DNA from: an uncultured Clostridia bacterium | GTDB taxonomy: Bacteria; Bacillota; Clostridia; TANB77; CAG-508 | Length of the DNA: 64,000 nucleotides | Direction of reading: 5' to 3' | Assembly (NCBI GenBank): GCA_947623725.1 | Contig: CANQHI010000003.1 | Span: 2,328-66,327 of the forward strand | In this document: in pieces, positions 49,791 through 61,863 of the stretch | Layout: each line of letters begins with the position of its first letter | Numbering within the stretch: position 1 is the stretch's first letter | Program-made: the position numbers and the translations under genes | The notes under the pieces: generated by a model | The model's database searches: none | Seen by the model: only the letters and a program-made list of their open reading frames with translations | What the model was told of the DNA's origin: nothing

Positions 49791-50879
49791 TTAAAAAATA
49801 CTTTTTACTTTTTCTATAATTTCTTCATAACTTTCAGTATTTATTTTTTCTTCGTTTTCTTCTTTATTTTTAATGTTATCTCCTGCAAGAATCTTTTTTA
49901 ATCCTAAATAAATTTCTTTTTCTGTATTTTTTAGTATCACTGAATTTTCATAATTACTTACACATTCTCTTGTAGCTGTATCAGTAGTTATTATTGTTTT
50001 ATTAAGAATTTTAGCTTCTTCTAGTGACATACCATATCCTTCAAAATATGATAATAAGCAGAAATAATCAGCTTTTTTTATGTATGGATATGGATTCTCT
50101 TTTGCTCCTAGCAAATAAAAATTCTCTGTTTCGTCTAATTTATCAATTTGTTTTTGCAATGAATATCTAAGCGGTCCATCTCCTATAATATACACTTTGC
50201 TATGAATTCCGTCTTTTTCTAATTTAGCATGAATATTTATAAATCTGTCTATTGCTTTTTGTTGAACTAATCTGCATACACTTACTAAATTTATATCTTT
50301 TTCATTATATGGAATATCAACTTTTTCTTTAGATTTTTCAACAACATTATTATAATCAATGTAATTTCTAATAACTATTTCATCAAAATCGTTTCCATAT
50401 ACTTTATTAAAATCCTTCTTATTTTCTTCACTAACAAAAACTATTTTATCATATTTTTTATATATTTTTTTATCAAATTTCTTTTTTATTTTAGATTTAA
50501 AATTATCCCCAAAAACTTGAGCAATATCATTATGAATCCATGCAATTTTCTTAGCCTCTGATTTTTTTGAAAATAATCTTGTAATTGGGCCTTCTAGAAA
50601 AGCTACCCTTATATCATACTTATCTTCTATCTTTGTACTAAATAAAAGTTTTAGTGAAATTTTTATATGTTGTAGTTTGTTGTATTCATTAGATGGTTTA
50701 TTATATAAGCTTAATATTTTTATTTTAGAATTTAATTGTTTTTTTAGTTCTCCACCATCATATATAGTAAAAACCGTAATTTCATAATCTGAAGCAAGTC
50801 TATTGCTCAAATCTACTAAAACTCTTTCTGCTCCACCAAGTGTCAAACTTGTAATTCCAAATAAAATTTTCTTTTTCAC
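49791..50879 (-). CDS. family 4 (GT-B) glycosyltransferase
   Basis: ITSLTLGGAERV at the N-terminus and FEGYGMSLEEAKILNKTIITTD (E-x7-E). Confidence 0.85.
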   Translation of the reverse strand: MKKKILFGITSLTLGGAERVLVDLSNRLASDYEITVFTIYDGGELKKQLNSKIKILSLYNKPSNEYNKLQHIKISLKLLFSTKIEDKYDIRVAFLEGPITRLFSKKSEAKKIAWIHNDIAQVFGDNFKSKIKKKFDKKIYKKYDKIVFVSEENKKDFNKVYGNDFDEIVIRNYIDYNNVVEKSKEKVDIPYNEKDINLVSVCRLVQQKAIDRFINIHAKLEKDGIHSKVYIIGDGPLRYSLQKQIDKLDETENFYLLGAKENPYPYIKKADYFCLLSYFEGYGMSLEEAKILNKTIITTDTATRECVSNYENSVILKNTEKEIYLGLKKILAGDNIKNKEENEEKINTESYEEIIEKVKSIF

Positions 50880-51014
50880 TAAAATTTCCTTTCATTTTTT
50901 TGATTTTTATAAATATTTAATAAGATTTTATAAATTTTATATTCTTTTCACAACTTTTCATAATTATTAAACATCTTTCATAATTTTTTAAAATCTTTTA
51001 TATTTTTTATACTT

Positions 51015-52058
51015 TTATAAAATTTTAAATATTTTTGAATACATATTTAATGTAAATTTGTTTACGCTCTTTATATAAAAATTCTTTCCTGATTTTCTTG
51101 ACAAAATACTATTTTTCTTCCAATTTGGAAACTTTGTGTTTAAATTTTGCCAAGTTTCATCAATCAGCCTTTCTCTTGCAACCTTATCTTTAATTTTAGC
51201 CATTCTTTTTAAAGAACTGCATAGTAATATTCTTGTATATGTATACTCTAACTCATCTTTATATTCATCATATAAATCATTTTTTTTATAATAATCAAAT
51301 ACATTATTAAACACATTAAAAATCTGGCCTGTCCTATAATCTTGCTTATTTACTATTGAGTTTTCTCTTTGTATATAATAAACTAAAGGTTCTTTTACAA
51401 AACTAAATTTATTTATATTAGGAATCAATTTATAAAAAAATTCTACATCTTCATAATTAAGTGATACTGGAAACTTTTCTGTAATTATCTCTCTTTTTAT
51501 AAGTTTATTCCATGCTACAACTCTTCCATAAGTCATCATTTCTTTTTTGTTTTTGTATATGTATCCATTATCTAGTTTTAACTTTGAATAATGATTTGCT
51601 TTTTTTAAATTTGTATATGAATTATCATTTTCTAATTTTGAGAATGAATTCTTTATTTTTTTAGGATATGCCCAATAAAAGTCACATTCAACATAGTCAG
51701 AATTTTCTGCAATTGCCTTATTATACATTTTTTCATAAATGCTTATATCGACATAGTCATCTGAATCTAGAAAAGCAACATATTCTCCTTTTGCATAATT
51801 TAATCCATAATTTCTAGCATCAGAAAGACCACCATTTTCTTTTTCAAGATAAACAATATTATCATACTTTTCTATGTACTCATCTATAATGCTTTTTGAA
51901 GAATCTGTTGATCCATCATTTACAATTATTATTTCTATATCTTTTAATGTTTGATTAACTAAAGATTCTAAACAATTTTTTATATATTTTTCCACATTAT
52001 AAACAGGTACAATAACACTTACTTTAGGCATTTTTATCTCCTTAGAAAATATATCCAT
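51015..52058 (-). CDS. family 2 glycosyltransferase (first gene of the glycopolymer block)
   Basis: VSVIVPVYNVEKYI, IIIVNDGSTDSS and FLDSDDYV. Confidence 0.85.
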   Translation of the reverse strand: MDIFSKEIKMPKVSVIVPVYNVEKYIKNCLESLVNQTLKDIEIIIVNDGSTDSSKSIIDEYIEKYDNIVYLEKENGGLSDARNYGLNYAKGEYVAFLDSDDYVDISIYEKMYNKAIAENSDYVECDFYWAYPKKIKNSFSKLENDNSYTNLKKANHYSKLKLDNGYIYKNKKEMMTYGRVVAWNKLIKREIITEKFPVSLNYEDVEFFYKLIPNINKFSFVKEPLVYYIQRENSIVNKQDYRTGQIFNVFNNVFDYYKKNDLYDEYKDELEYTYTRILLCSSLKRMAKIKDKVARERLIDETWQNLNTKFPNWKKNSILSRKSGKNFYIKSVNKFTLNMYSKIFKIL

Positions 52059-52276
52059 ATAATATCATACTTTGCTAGTATAAACAACATTTTTTGCAAA
52101 TTTTACTATGTTTTTAACAAAAATTTTATTTAATTTTTATCATGTATTTTTTATTTTATCATTTGAAAAAAATAATTTGTGAACATAAAATATTTCAAAT
52201 TAATTATTTAATTTCCATAATAACTCTATATTTTTTTATCAACAAAAAATCGTATTTTGAAATTAAGTAAATAAAG

Positions 52277-52306
52277 TTATTCACAGAGTTATCCACAGTT
52301 TCCACA
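52277..52306 (+). promoter_or_regulatory. cluster of three head-to-tail DnaA-box-like 9-mers
   Basis: TTATTCACA (52277-52285, one mismatch), TTATCCACA (52289-52297, perfect consensus) and gTTTCCACA (52298-52306). They lie about 220-250 nt upstream of the glycosyltransferase gene start at 52058. Confidence 0.5.
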
Positions 52307-52597
52307 TTTTTATTTTTTGTCACATTTTGTCGATTGAACTATACATAATATTTTTTCATGTAATATTTTTGTAAACTTGTTATTTATATTTTGTAATATT
52401 ATTATTATTAATGTATGCCTGTTTTTCCTCTATTTGTAGCTTTTTCGAGTGTTTTTTATTTTTATTATTTTTTAAATTTTCAATTTCCAATTTTTACTAA
52501 AATATTACAATTATGTATTTATAGGTAATTTGCGGGCATAAAAAAAAATATTTAAAATTTTCTTTTTAATAGATAAACTTTAAATATTTTTTTTTAA

Positions 52598-53554
52598 TTA
52601 TTTATTCTTTTTAATTATTTCTTTTATCTCTTCTTCTGTCATTTTTGATATTTTTACTATTTGTTCTATTGGTATTCCCATTAAAGACATATTTTTTATC
52701 ATTTCTTTTTTAGCAGCTTTTTTTCCTTTTATTTCTCCTTCTATTGTTCCTTCACTATATCCATCATCATATCCTGCTTCTCTTATTGCTGTTGCATCCA
52801 TTCTTGCCTTTTCTCTTAAAAATTCTAACCTCTCCTCTTTTTCTTCCTCTGTCATTTTCTTTACTGTTATTACCGCTTCTTTGATTTCTTCATTTTCTTT
52901 CATAATCTCTTTTACCTCCTCTGAGTTTGGATTATCTATGAATAATATCCATTGCGCTTTTCTGTTTCTTTTATCTCTTTTATATTCCTCTTTTGCTCTA
53001 TTTATATTTATTATACGAACTTCTATTTCGTCTGTCAAGATTTTTTTATGTTTTTTCGTTTCTGCTAATCTCCATACTGTTTCCATTTCTTCTATTTCTT
53101 TTACTTCTTCTATTTCAAAATCTATTATTGCTACTAACACTACTCTCTTTAATTTATTATACTCCTCTCCCTTTTTTAATTGACTTCCATACATTCTACT
53201 TAAATACCATATTAATCTTTTTATAAAATCTTTTTTCTTTACTAATTGTATTTCTACATCTACTTTTTCTTTATTATTTATATCCAATTGCAAATCTAAT
53301 ATTCCCAATTTATCTTCTGGTCTTTCTCTTATTAGCTCTTTATCATCATTTATTACTATTGACTCTATTTTTTCTTCTAAGATCGCCTCTGCAAATGATT
53401 TTGTTATTCCCATATTATTTTTATTAAATAAACTTTGAAATACGATATCTACTTTTGGTTGTAATAATTTTTCTTCTTTAACATCTAAAACATTTTTATC
53501 TTTTTTGTCTAATTTTACTTTTTCTTCATTAATAAAAAATTCTTTATCACCCAT
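52598..53554 (-). CDS. Rpn/YhgA-like PD-(D/E)XK nuclease-family putative transposase (PDDEXK_2)
   Basis: PKVDIVFQSLF, DKLGILDLQLDINNKEKVDVEIQL..K.DF.KR..WYLSRMY and a C-terminal charged helical tail. Confidence 0.75.
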   Translation of the reverse strand: MGDKEFFINEEKVKLDKKDKNVLDVKEEKLLQPKVDIVFQSLFNKNNMGITKSFAEAILEEKIESIVINDDKELIRERPEDKLGILDLQLDINNKEKVDVEIQLVKKKDFIKRLIWYLSRMYGSQLKKGEEYNKLKRVVLVAIIDFEIEEVKEIEEMETVWRLAETKKHKKILTDEIEVRIININRAKEEYKRDKRNRKAQWILFIDNPNSEEVKEIMKENEEIKEAVITVKKMTEEEKEERLEFLREKARMDATAIREAGYDDGYSEGTIEGEIKGKKAAKKEMIKNMSLMGIPIEQIVKISKMTEEEIKEIIKKNK

Positions 53555-53803
53555 ATAATGTCCTCCCTTTTTATTTTTTTATACTACTTTCTTATGGAAA
53601 AATTATAGAAAAAATTTTTATGAATAAAATTTAGTTTTTTATATTATATAACAAATATTACCAATTATCAACAAAAATCGTATTACAAATTTCGACCTTT
53701 TTCGATTATTAATTTATTAAATTCAAATAAAAAATATAAACCCTATAATTTTCTTTATAAAAAATTATAAGATTTATATTTATTTTAATAGTTTAAGTTA
53801 TTT

Positions 53804-55459
<1,656 letters not shown>

Positions 55460-55606
55460 TTAATTTTATTGTTACAAAACATTTTTTCACTTATTAAAAA
55501 TAGATTTTCAATATTTAAAATCTATTATTTTTATACTTTAATATACTTTTAACATATTTAATTTCTTATAAATATACTTAGAACTTTTATAAGATTATAC
55601 TACAAA

Positions 55607-55891
<285 letters not shown>

Positions 55892-55960
55892 TTAATACCT
55901 CCTTGTATTATTAAAAGTTTTAACGTCAATTACTATTTATTATATGTTAATATTTTTATT

Positions 55961-55987
55961 TTAGCACTCTTATTTATTGACTGCTAG
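55961..55987. promoter_or_regulatory. CIRCE operator (HrcA site), proximal copy
   Basis: TTAGCACTC-ttatttatt-GACTGCTAG versus the consensus TTAGCACTC-N9-GAGTGCTAA. The left arm is perfect and the right arm has two mismatches. Confidence 0.7.
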
Positions 55988-55988
55988 A

Positions 55989-56017
55989 ATTCTATATCTT
56001 TTTTTAGCAATTGTCAA
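55989..56017 (-). promoter_or_regulatory. sigma-A-type promoter of groES-groEL
   Basis: The minus strand reads TTGACA (56017-56012), a 17-nt spacer, then TAGAAT (55994-55989). It is flanked by or overlaps both CIRCE-like elements. Confidence 0.6.
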
Positions 56018-56030
56018 TATAGATTGCTAA
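56004..56030. promoter_or_regulatory. second, degenerate CIRCE-like inverted repeat overlapping the -35 box
   Basis: TTAGCAATT-gtcaatata-GATTGCTAA has the same 9-9-9 geometry. Its arms form a perfect 8-bp inverted repeat and carry three mismatches to the CIRCE consensus. Confidence 0.5.
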
Positions 56031-56068
56031 ATTTCACAAAATGTTCACATTAAATTATTTTTTTAGCT

Positions 56069-56347
56069 TTAAGTTCTAATCTTATATATAACATACAATA
56101 TAATACAAACCTCTATAAATATTACAAGAGGTATCCACCTTTTAAATATCTTCTCATTTTTTCCATAGTTAAACATTTCAGCAGCTACAATAACACCTAC
56201 AAATCCACCTAAAATTGAAAGAGCTAAATAAATTGTATCTACCCATTTTTTATCCATTTTTATATATTTTGTTCTAACATTCAACCATAAAAACAAATAT
56301 GAAATTAAGTTAATACAAATTATATATCCTACAATAAAACTTATCAT
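56069..56347 (-). CDS. small membrane protein, DUF1294-like
   Basis: 92 aa with three hydrophobic helices. LSILGGFVGVIVAAEMFNYGKNEKIFK resembles the DUF1294 core. Confidence 0.5.
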   Translation of the reverse strand: MISFIVGYIICINLISYLFLWLNVRTKYIKMDKKWVDTIYLALSILGGFVGVIVAAEMFNYGKNEKIFKRWIPLVIFIEVCIILYVIYKIRT

Positions 56348-56475
56348 TTCTTTAATATAATATACTTAAAGGTTTAAATATATTAAAACTCCCTTCTAAT
56401 ATTTTAAATTCACATCATATATTTTTATATCATAACTTTGTATATAAATATATTGTTATATATAAATATACTCAT

Positions 56476-59400
56476 TTATCCAAACAAACTCATTTGGTTG
56501 CTTTGGCTCATTCCATCTAAGCAACCTGCTTTTTTCAAAAGTTCTATACCACTTTCTCCAAGTTTAGCTCTAATCTTTAAATCATCTATAGACATAAACT
56601 CTCCATCTTTTCTTGCTTCTTCAATTCCCTGTGCAGCAACTGAGCCAAATCCCGGAATACTATTAAGTGGAGGCCTTATTCCATCATCTTCAAACTTAAA
56701 CTTTGTTGCTCCTGATTCATATAAATCTATTGGTAAGAAATTTATCTTTCTTTCATACATTTCATTTACAATCTCTAAAGTTTCATACATTGCTGTATCT
56801 TTTTGAGTTGCATTATTTGCTAATAATTCTATTTCCTTCATTTTATTTTTTACTTTTTCTTGTCCATGACACATTATATCACTATCAAATGCATCTGCTC
56901 TTATAGTAAAATATGCTGTATAATATGCTTTAGGAATATGAACTTTAAACCATGCAATTCTAAATGCATTTGTTACATAAGCTGCAGCATGTGCTTTAGG
57001 GAATAGATATTTTATTTTATTACACGAGTCAATGTACCAAGTTGGAACATTATATTCTTCCATTGTTTTCTTAAATGCTTGCCATTTTTCTGGTTCTTTT
57101 GCAACTTTTCCTTTACGTACAAGTTCCATAATTTTAAATGATGTATTTGGTGGAAGTCCTTGTTTTATCAAATATAACATAATATCATCACGAGTACAAA
57201 TTACTTCACTTAATGTTGCCGTACCATTATTTATTAAATCTTGTGCATTTCCAAGCCACACATCAGTACCATGTGAAAGTCCTGATATTCTGATTAATTC
57301 CTCAAATGTTGTTGGTCTAGTATCTTTAAGCATTCCTCTAACAAACTTTGTTCCTGACTCTGGAATACCAAATGTACCTACTTCTGATTTTATTGCTTCA
57401 GGTGTTACTCCTAAAGCTTTAGTTGATGAGAAAATAGACATTGTTTCTTTATCATCAAGTGGAATTTTAGTAGGATCTAATCCAGTTAAATCATATAACA
57501 TACGAATTACAGTTGGATCATCATGTCCTAGTATATCAAGTTTTAGTAAGTTTTGATCAATTGAGTGATAATCAAAGTGTGTTGTTATAATATCTGACTC
57601 TGGATCATCTGCTGGGTGTTGCACTGGTGTAAATTCGTAAATTTCTCTACCTTTTGGAACAACTATAATTCCTCCTGGATGTTGACCTGTTGTTCTTTTT
57701 ATTCCTGTGCATCCTTTTGAAATTCTTGCTACTTCTGCATTACTTGTTGGTTCGCCTTTTTCTTCAAAATATTTTTTTACATATCCAAATGCTGTTTTAT
57801 CTGCAACTGTACCAACTGTTCCAGCTTTAAAAGTTGTTCCTTTTCCGAAAATAACCTCAGTATATCTTTTGCTTGATATTCTCCTGAGAAGTTTAAGTCA
57901 ATATCAGGCTCTTTATCCCCATTGAATCCTAAGAATGTTTCAAATGGTATATCTATTCCATCTTTATCAAGTCTGTGTCCGCATTTTGGACAATTCTTAT
58001 CAGGCAAATCTATTCCATTTTTTATTCCATAATCAGTAAAATCAGAATACTTACAATTTGGACATCTATAATGTGGTGGAAGTGAATTTACTTCTGTAAT
58101 TCCTGTCATATTTGCAACAAATGATGAACCAACAGAACCTCTTGAACCAACTATATATCCATCTTCATTTGATTTCCATACAAGTTTTTGTGCAATAATA
58201 TACATTACAGAGAATCCATTTTTTATAATAGAATCAAGTTCTCTATCAAGTCTTTCTTGAACTACTTCAGGAAGTGGATCTCCATATAATTCATGAGCCT
58301 TACTATATGCGATTTGCTTAATTGTTTCTTCACAACCTGGAATATGAGGAGGACATTTTTCTGGCGAAATTGGTCTAATTGCCTCACATTCATCTGATAT
58401 TTTGTTAGTGTTTGTTACAACTACCTCATAAGCTTTTTCTTTTCCTAAATATTCAAACTCTTTAAGCATTTCTTCAGTAGTCCTTAAATACAATGGTGCT
58501 TGAAAATCTGCATCATCATATTTTTGGCCCGCTTGAATTATCCTTCTATATATTTCATCTTGTGGATCTAAGAAATGAACATCACAAGTTGCACATACTG
58601 GCTTTCCTAATTTTTCACCTAAATCAACTATTTTTCTTACAATATTTCTTAAATCTTCATCACTTTGAAGAACACCATTTCTTACTAAATACTCATCATT
58701 TCCTATTGGCTGAATTTCTAAATAATCATAAAATTTCGCAATTTCTTCAATATCTTCATCAGATTTTCCATTTAAAATTGCTTGATACAATTCACCTTGA
58801 TCACAAGCACTTCCTATAATTAAACCTTCTTGATATTTTTTTAGCAATGACTTAAGTATTAAAGGTCTTTTGTGAAAATATTTTACATGTGAAATAGAGA
58901 CTAACTTGTATAAATTTTTTAGTCCTACATAATCTTTTGCTAAAATTATAATATGATATGGTTTAAGCTTTTTGTAATTTGCTTTTCCTGATTCCTTGCT
59001 ATCTATATCTGCTAGTTTTTTCACGCCTTGTTCTTCTAGCATTTTGCACATTACATTAAATACTTTTACTGTTGTATCAACATCATCTAAAGCTCTATGT
59101 GCAACTTCTACTTTTATTCCAAGATTCTCTGCAATAATTCCTAACTTATATTTTTTATAATCTGGGAATAAATCTTTTGCAAGCCTTAAAGTATCTAAAT
59201 ATGTATAATCAAATTTTAATCCTAATTGTTCACAATTATATCTTAAAAAGCCTGTATCAAAGTCGGCATTATGTGCAACTAAAACAGAATCTCCAAAAAA
59301 CTCTAATATCTTAGGCATTAGCTTTTCTATTGTTGGAGCATCTTTTACCATATCATCTGTAATATTTGTTATTTCTTGTACCCTATATGGTATAGGTTTT

Positions 59401-61064
59401 TCAGGGTTTACAAAAGATGAAAAAGTATCAATTACTTCTCCATTTCTAATTTTCATAATACCTATTTCAGTAATTTTTTCAGTTCTAAATGAAATACCTG
59501 TTGTTTCTAAGTCAAATACACAATATGTAGTGTCTTTTAAGGTTTGGCCTTTATCTTTTGTTATAACTGGATCTTTATCTAAAACTAAATATCCTTCAAC
59601 CCCATATATTATTTTTATTCCTGCTTTATCATATCCAACTTTTTCCATTAAATGATGTGCATCTGGAAAAGCTTGGACAACACCATGATCAGTAATTGCT
59701 ATCGATTTCATTCCCCATTTCATTGCTCTTTTTATAAGGTCAGTTGCAGATGACACTGCATCCATTTGACTCATTTGAGTATGCATATGAAGTTCTACTC
59801 TCTTTTCTTCTGAATTGTCGGTTCTTTCTTCCTTCTTTAACTTTTCTCCTTCAACAACTGTATTTGCTATGATTGTAATTTCTTTTGCATAATTATCAAA
59901 TCCAGCTCTTCCTCCTACCTTTACTCCAATACCTTCTTTAATTCTTTTCATAACAGGACCTTTTTGCTCTGGAGTAACAAATATTTTACAAGTAATTGTG
60001 TTAGTTCCATCATAAACATCAAATGACACTAAAAATTTGCCTGTCTTTTTTAGTTCTGTTGGATCTGGTACATTTACAATTTCTCCTACAATTTGTAAAC
60101 TCGTTGTATCCATTCCAATATCTTCAATTTTCATTACTTCTTCTTTTATATTAGAATTTCTACCATAAATTAAATTTGGATCTTTCTCTTCTTCACTAGC
60201 TTCTGCTTTTAATTTTGAATTATTGTTTTTATAATTTGCTGAATTTTCCACATTATTATATTCATTTTTTGAATATCCATTATTAGCATTATTATATCCA
60301 TTCTTTGAATATCCATTTCCATTGTATGATTTTTTCCACTGAGATTTATCTTTCCAATTAGAGGCTTTACTTTTTTCATCAGATGCCTCTTTATTTACTT
60401 GATCATCTTTATGGCTTTCTTTTATAATTGCTTCTGCTTTAATTGAATTCTCAGAATATTTTTTTACAATATTTTTCTTTTCTTCTAAAAAATCTTCTTC
60501 TGATTTTTTATTATTGTCCTCAATAAAATTAATTGGATACCTTTTTCCATAAACATTATCTATAAAGTCAGAAATATATGTATTAATTCCTTGCTTTTCA
60601 AGTAATACTTTTCCTTTTAATCCTAAATGAACATCTATCTTATTTTCAATTATATCTATATTGCTATTTTTCAAGAATGCTTTAATAACTGGAACTTTCT
60701 TTGATGTATACATCAAAATTTCTTTCCAGTCATCTTCTATTTTTTTATTTAGAAATTGATAATCAACTTTATTTTCTTTTACGCTAGTATCATTATTTTT
60801 TATATCTATAATTTCTTCTTTAGCTAACATATTTTTATCATAATCAAATTTAAGACTAACCTCATTTAAGTTAAATCTTTTCTTTGCATAACTTTCAAAT
60901 TTCTCTATTTCAGAAATTGGAACTAGTTCTTCTGGTTGTAAAAAAAGCTCTAACCTATTAGTCTTTTTATACATATTGATATTAGCAATTTTTGCATTTG
61001 CTAATGCAAAACTTTCTCCACTATAATCACCAAATACTACTTTTAATTCCTTAAATTGATCCAA
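56476..61064 (-). CDS. polC: DNA polymerase III PolC-type, reading frame interrupted near 57867-57870 as assembled
   Basis: ORF 57777-61064 (1095 aa) covers the N-terminal domain, OB fold, PHP, the DEDD exonuclease (FDLETTG, HNADFD, HRALDD) and the Zn module, up to PDIDLNFSGEYQAK. The polymerase core continues in another frame that is open from 57897: (K)RYTEVIFGKGTTFKAGTVGTVADKTAFGYVKKYFEEKGEPTSNAEVARISKGCTGIKRTTGQHPGGIIVVPKGREIYEFTPVQHPADDPESDIITTHFDYH..., running to the stop at 56476. The ORF track shows only its GTG-initiated tail (56476-57624). Confidence 0.9.
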
Positions 61065-61098
61065 AATTTGCCCCCATTATAACTTAATTTTTTAATTA

Positions 61099-61848
61099 TT
61101 AAACTATTCTTGAAATATCATTAAATGCTACTACTATTGAAAATACTATTAAGGCTATAAAGCTAAAAGATTGAATGCTAGCTTCTAAATTTCTATCTAA
61201 TGGCTTTTTGCGTATTGCCTCTATTATAAGTAAAACTATTTTTCCACCATCAAGTGGAACTATTGGAAGTAAATTAGTTACTCCTAAAGAAACTGAAATA
61301 ATTGAAAGTAAATTAATAAATTCTGTTAAATCTGATGTTTGTGCTACCATTTGTGAAATGCCTACTGGTCCAACCATATCATTAAGCCCAACATTTCCAG
61401 AAAATAATTGCACAATTCCAAGCCACATGCTTTTTATAAGCACACCACTTGCTTCAAAAGAATGTTGCAATCCTTCTATAAAATTTCCTTGTTTTTCTAT
61501 AAAAAACTTTATCAGAACTAGAATCATGTAAGCAATAATTCCAAATATAATATTTACCAAAGCTCCAGCGGCAACAACTGCTATTCTTTTTGGAATACTC
61601 GCTTTATTAAAAGAGCCTTCTTTATCAGACTCTTCTTCTTCTCCCTCCAGATTGACAAATCCTCCTAGAGGAATTAGCCTTAATTCATATTCTGTATCTT
61701 TTATTTTTTTATGCCATATTTTTGGTCCAAATCCAACTCCAAATTCATTTACTCTTATCTTACATAGTCTGGCAACTAAAAAATGCCCTGTTTCATGTAT
61801 TATAACTAAAAAGCCAAGTAAAAAAATAATTTTTATCGCTGTAATCAA
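61099..61848 (-). CDS. rseP: RseP/RasP-family M50 site-2 protease, short form without recognisable PDZ domain
   Basis: HETGHFLVA (HExxH), GFGP, IPLGGFV and NLLPIVPLDGG. Only 249 aa. Confidence 0.85.
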   Translation of the reverse strand: MITAIKIIFLLGFLVIIHETGHFLVARLCKIRVNEFGVGFGPKIWHKKIKDTEYELRLIPLGGFVNLEGEEEESDKEGSFNKASIPKRIAVVAAGALVNIIFGIIAYMILVLIKFFIEKQGNFIEGLQHSFEASGVLIKSMWLGIVQLFSGNVGLNDMVGPVGISQMVAQTSDLTEFINLLSIISVSLGVTNLLPIVPLDGGKIVLLIIEAIRKKPLDRNLEASIQSFSFIALIVFSIVVAFNDISRIV

Positions 61849-61863
61849 TATATAGAATCCTCC

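Noticed and set aside
52059-52597. Interpreting the DnaA-box trio and the surrounding AT-rich 540-bp spacer as the chromosomal origin oriC.
   Set aside because: There are only three boxes. No dnaA, dnaN or rpmH gene is nearby, and gene orientation does not switch across the site (genes on both sides are on the minus strand). It is kept only as a possible secondary DnaA site.
52237-53684. Direct repeats TATCAACAAAAA(A)TCGTATT at 52237-52256 and 53666-53684 flanking the Rpn-like gene, as possible ends of a 1.4-kb mobile unit.
   Set aside because: A match of 19-20 nt with an indel, in DNA this AT-rich, is close to what I estimate could arise by chance among all pairs in 64 kb. No further flanking similarity or target duplication was evident. 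It is worth a quick genome-wide check but is not supportable from this window alone.
57860-57875. Programmed -1 ribosomal frameshifting as the explanation for the polC frame break.
   Set aside because: The site (caa gca aaa gat) has only an A-AAA-G run and not an X-XXY-YYZ heptamer. I see no obvious downstream stimulatory structure. Slippage would also yield a protein missing two residues, including the conserved His of the ..AH.YT segment. An indel (real or artefactual) is the simpler reading.
60230-60340. An N/Y/G/K-rich repetitive insertion in PolC (NGYSKNGYNNANNGYSKNEYNN), with matching DNA repeats ttgaatatccatt.
   Set aside because: This is a low-complexity expansion of a linker, typical of AT-rich genomes. 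It is in frame and lies between recognised domains, so no separate function is suggested.
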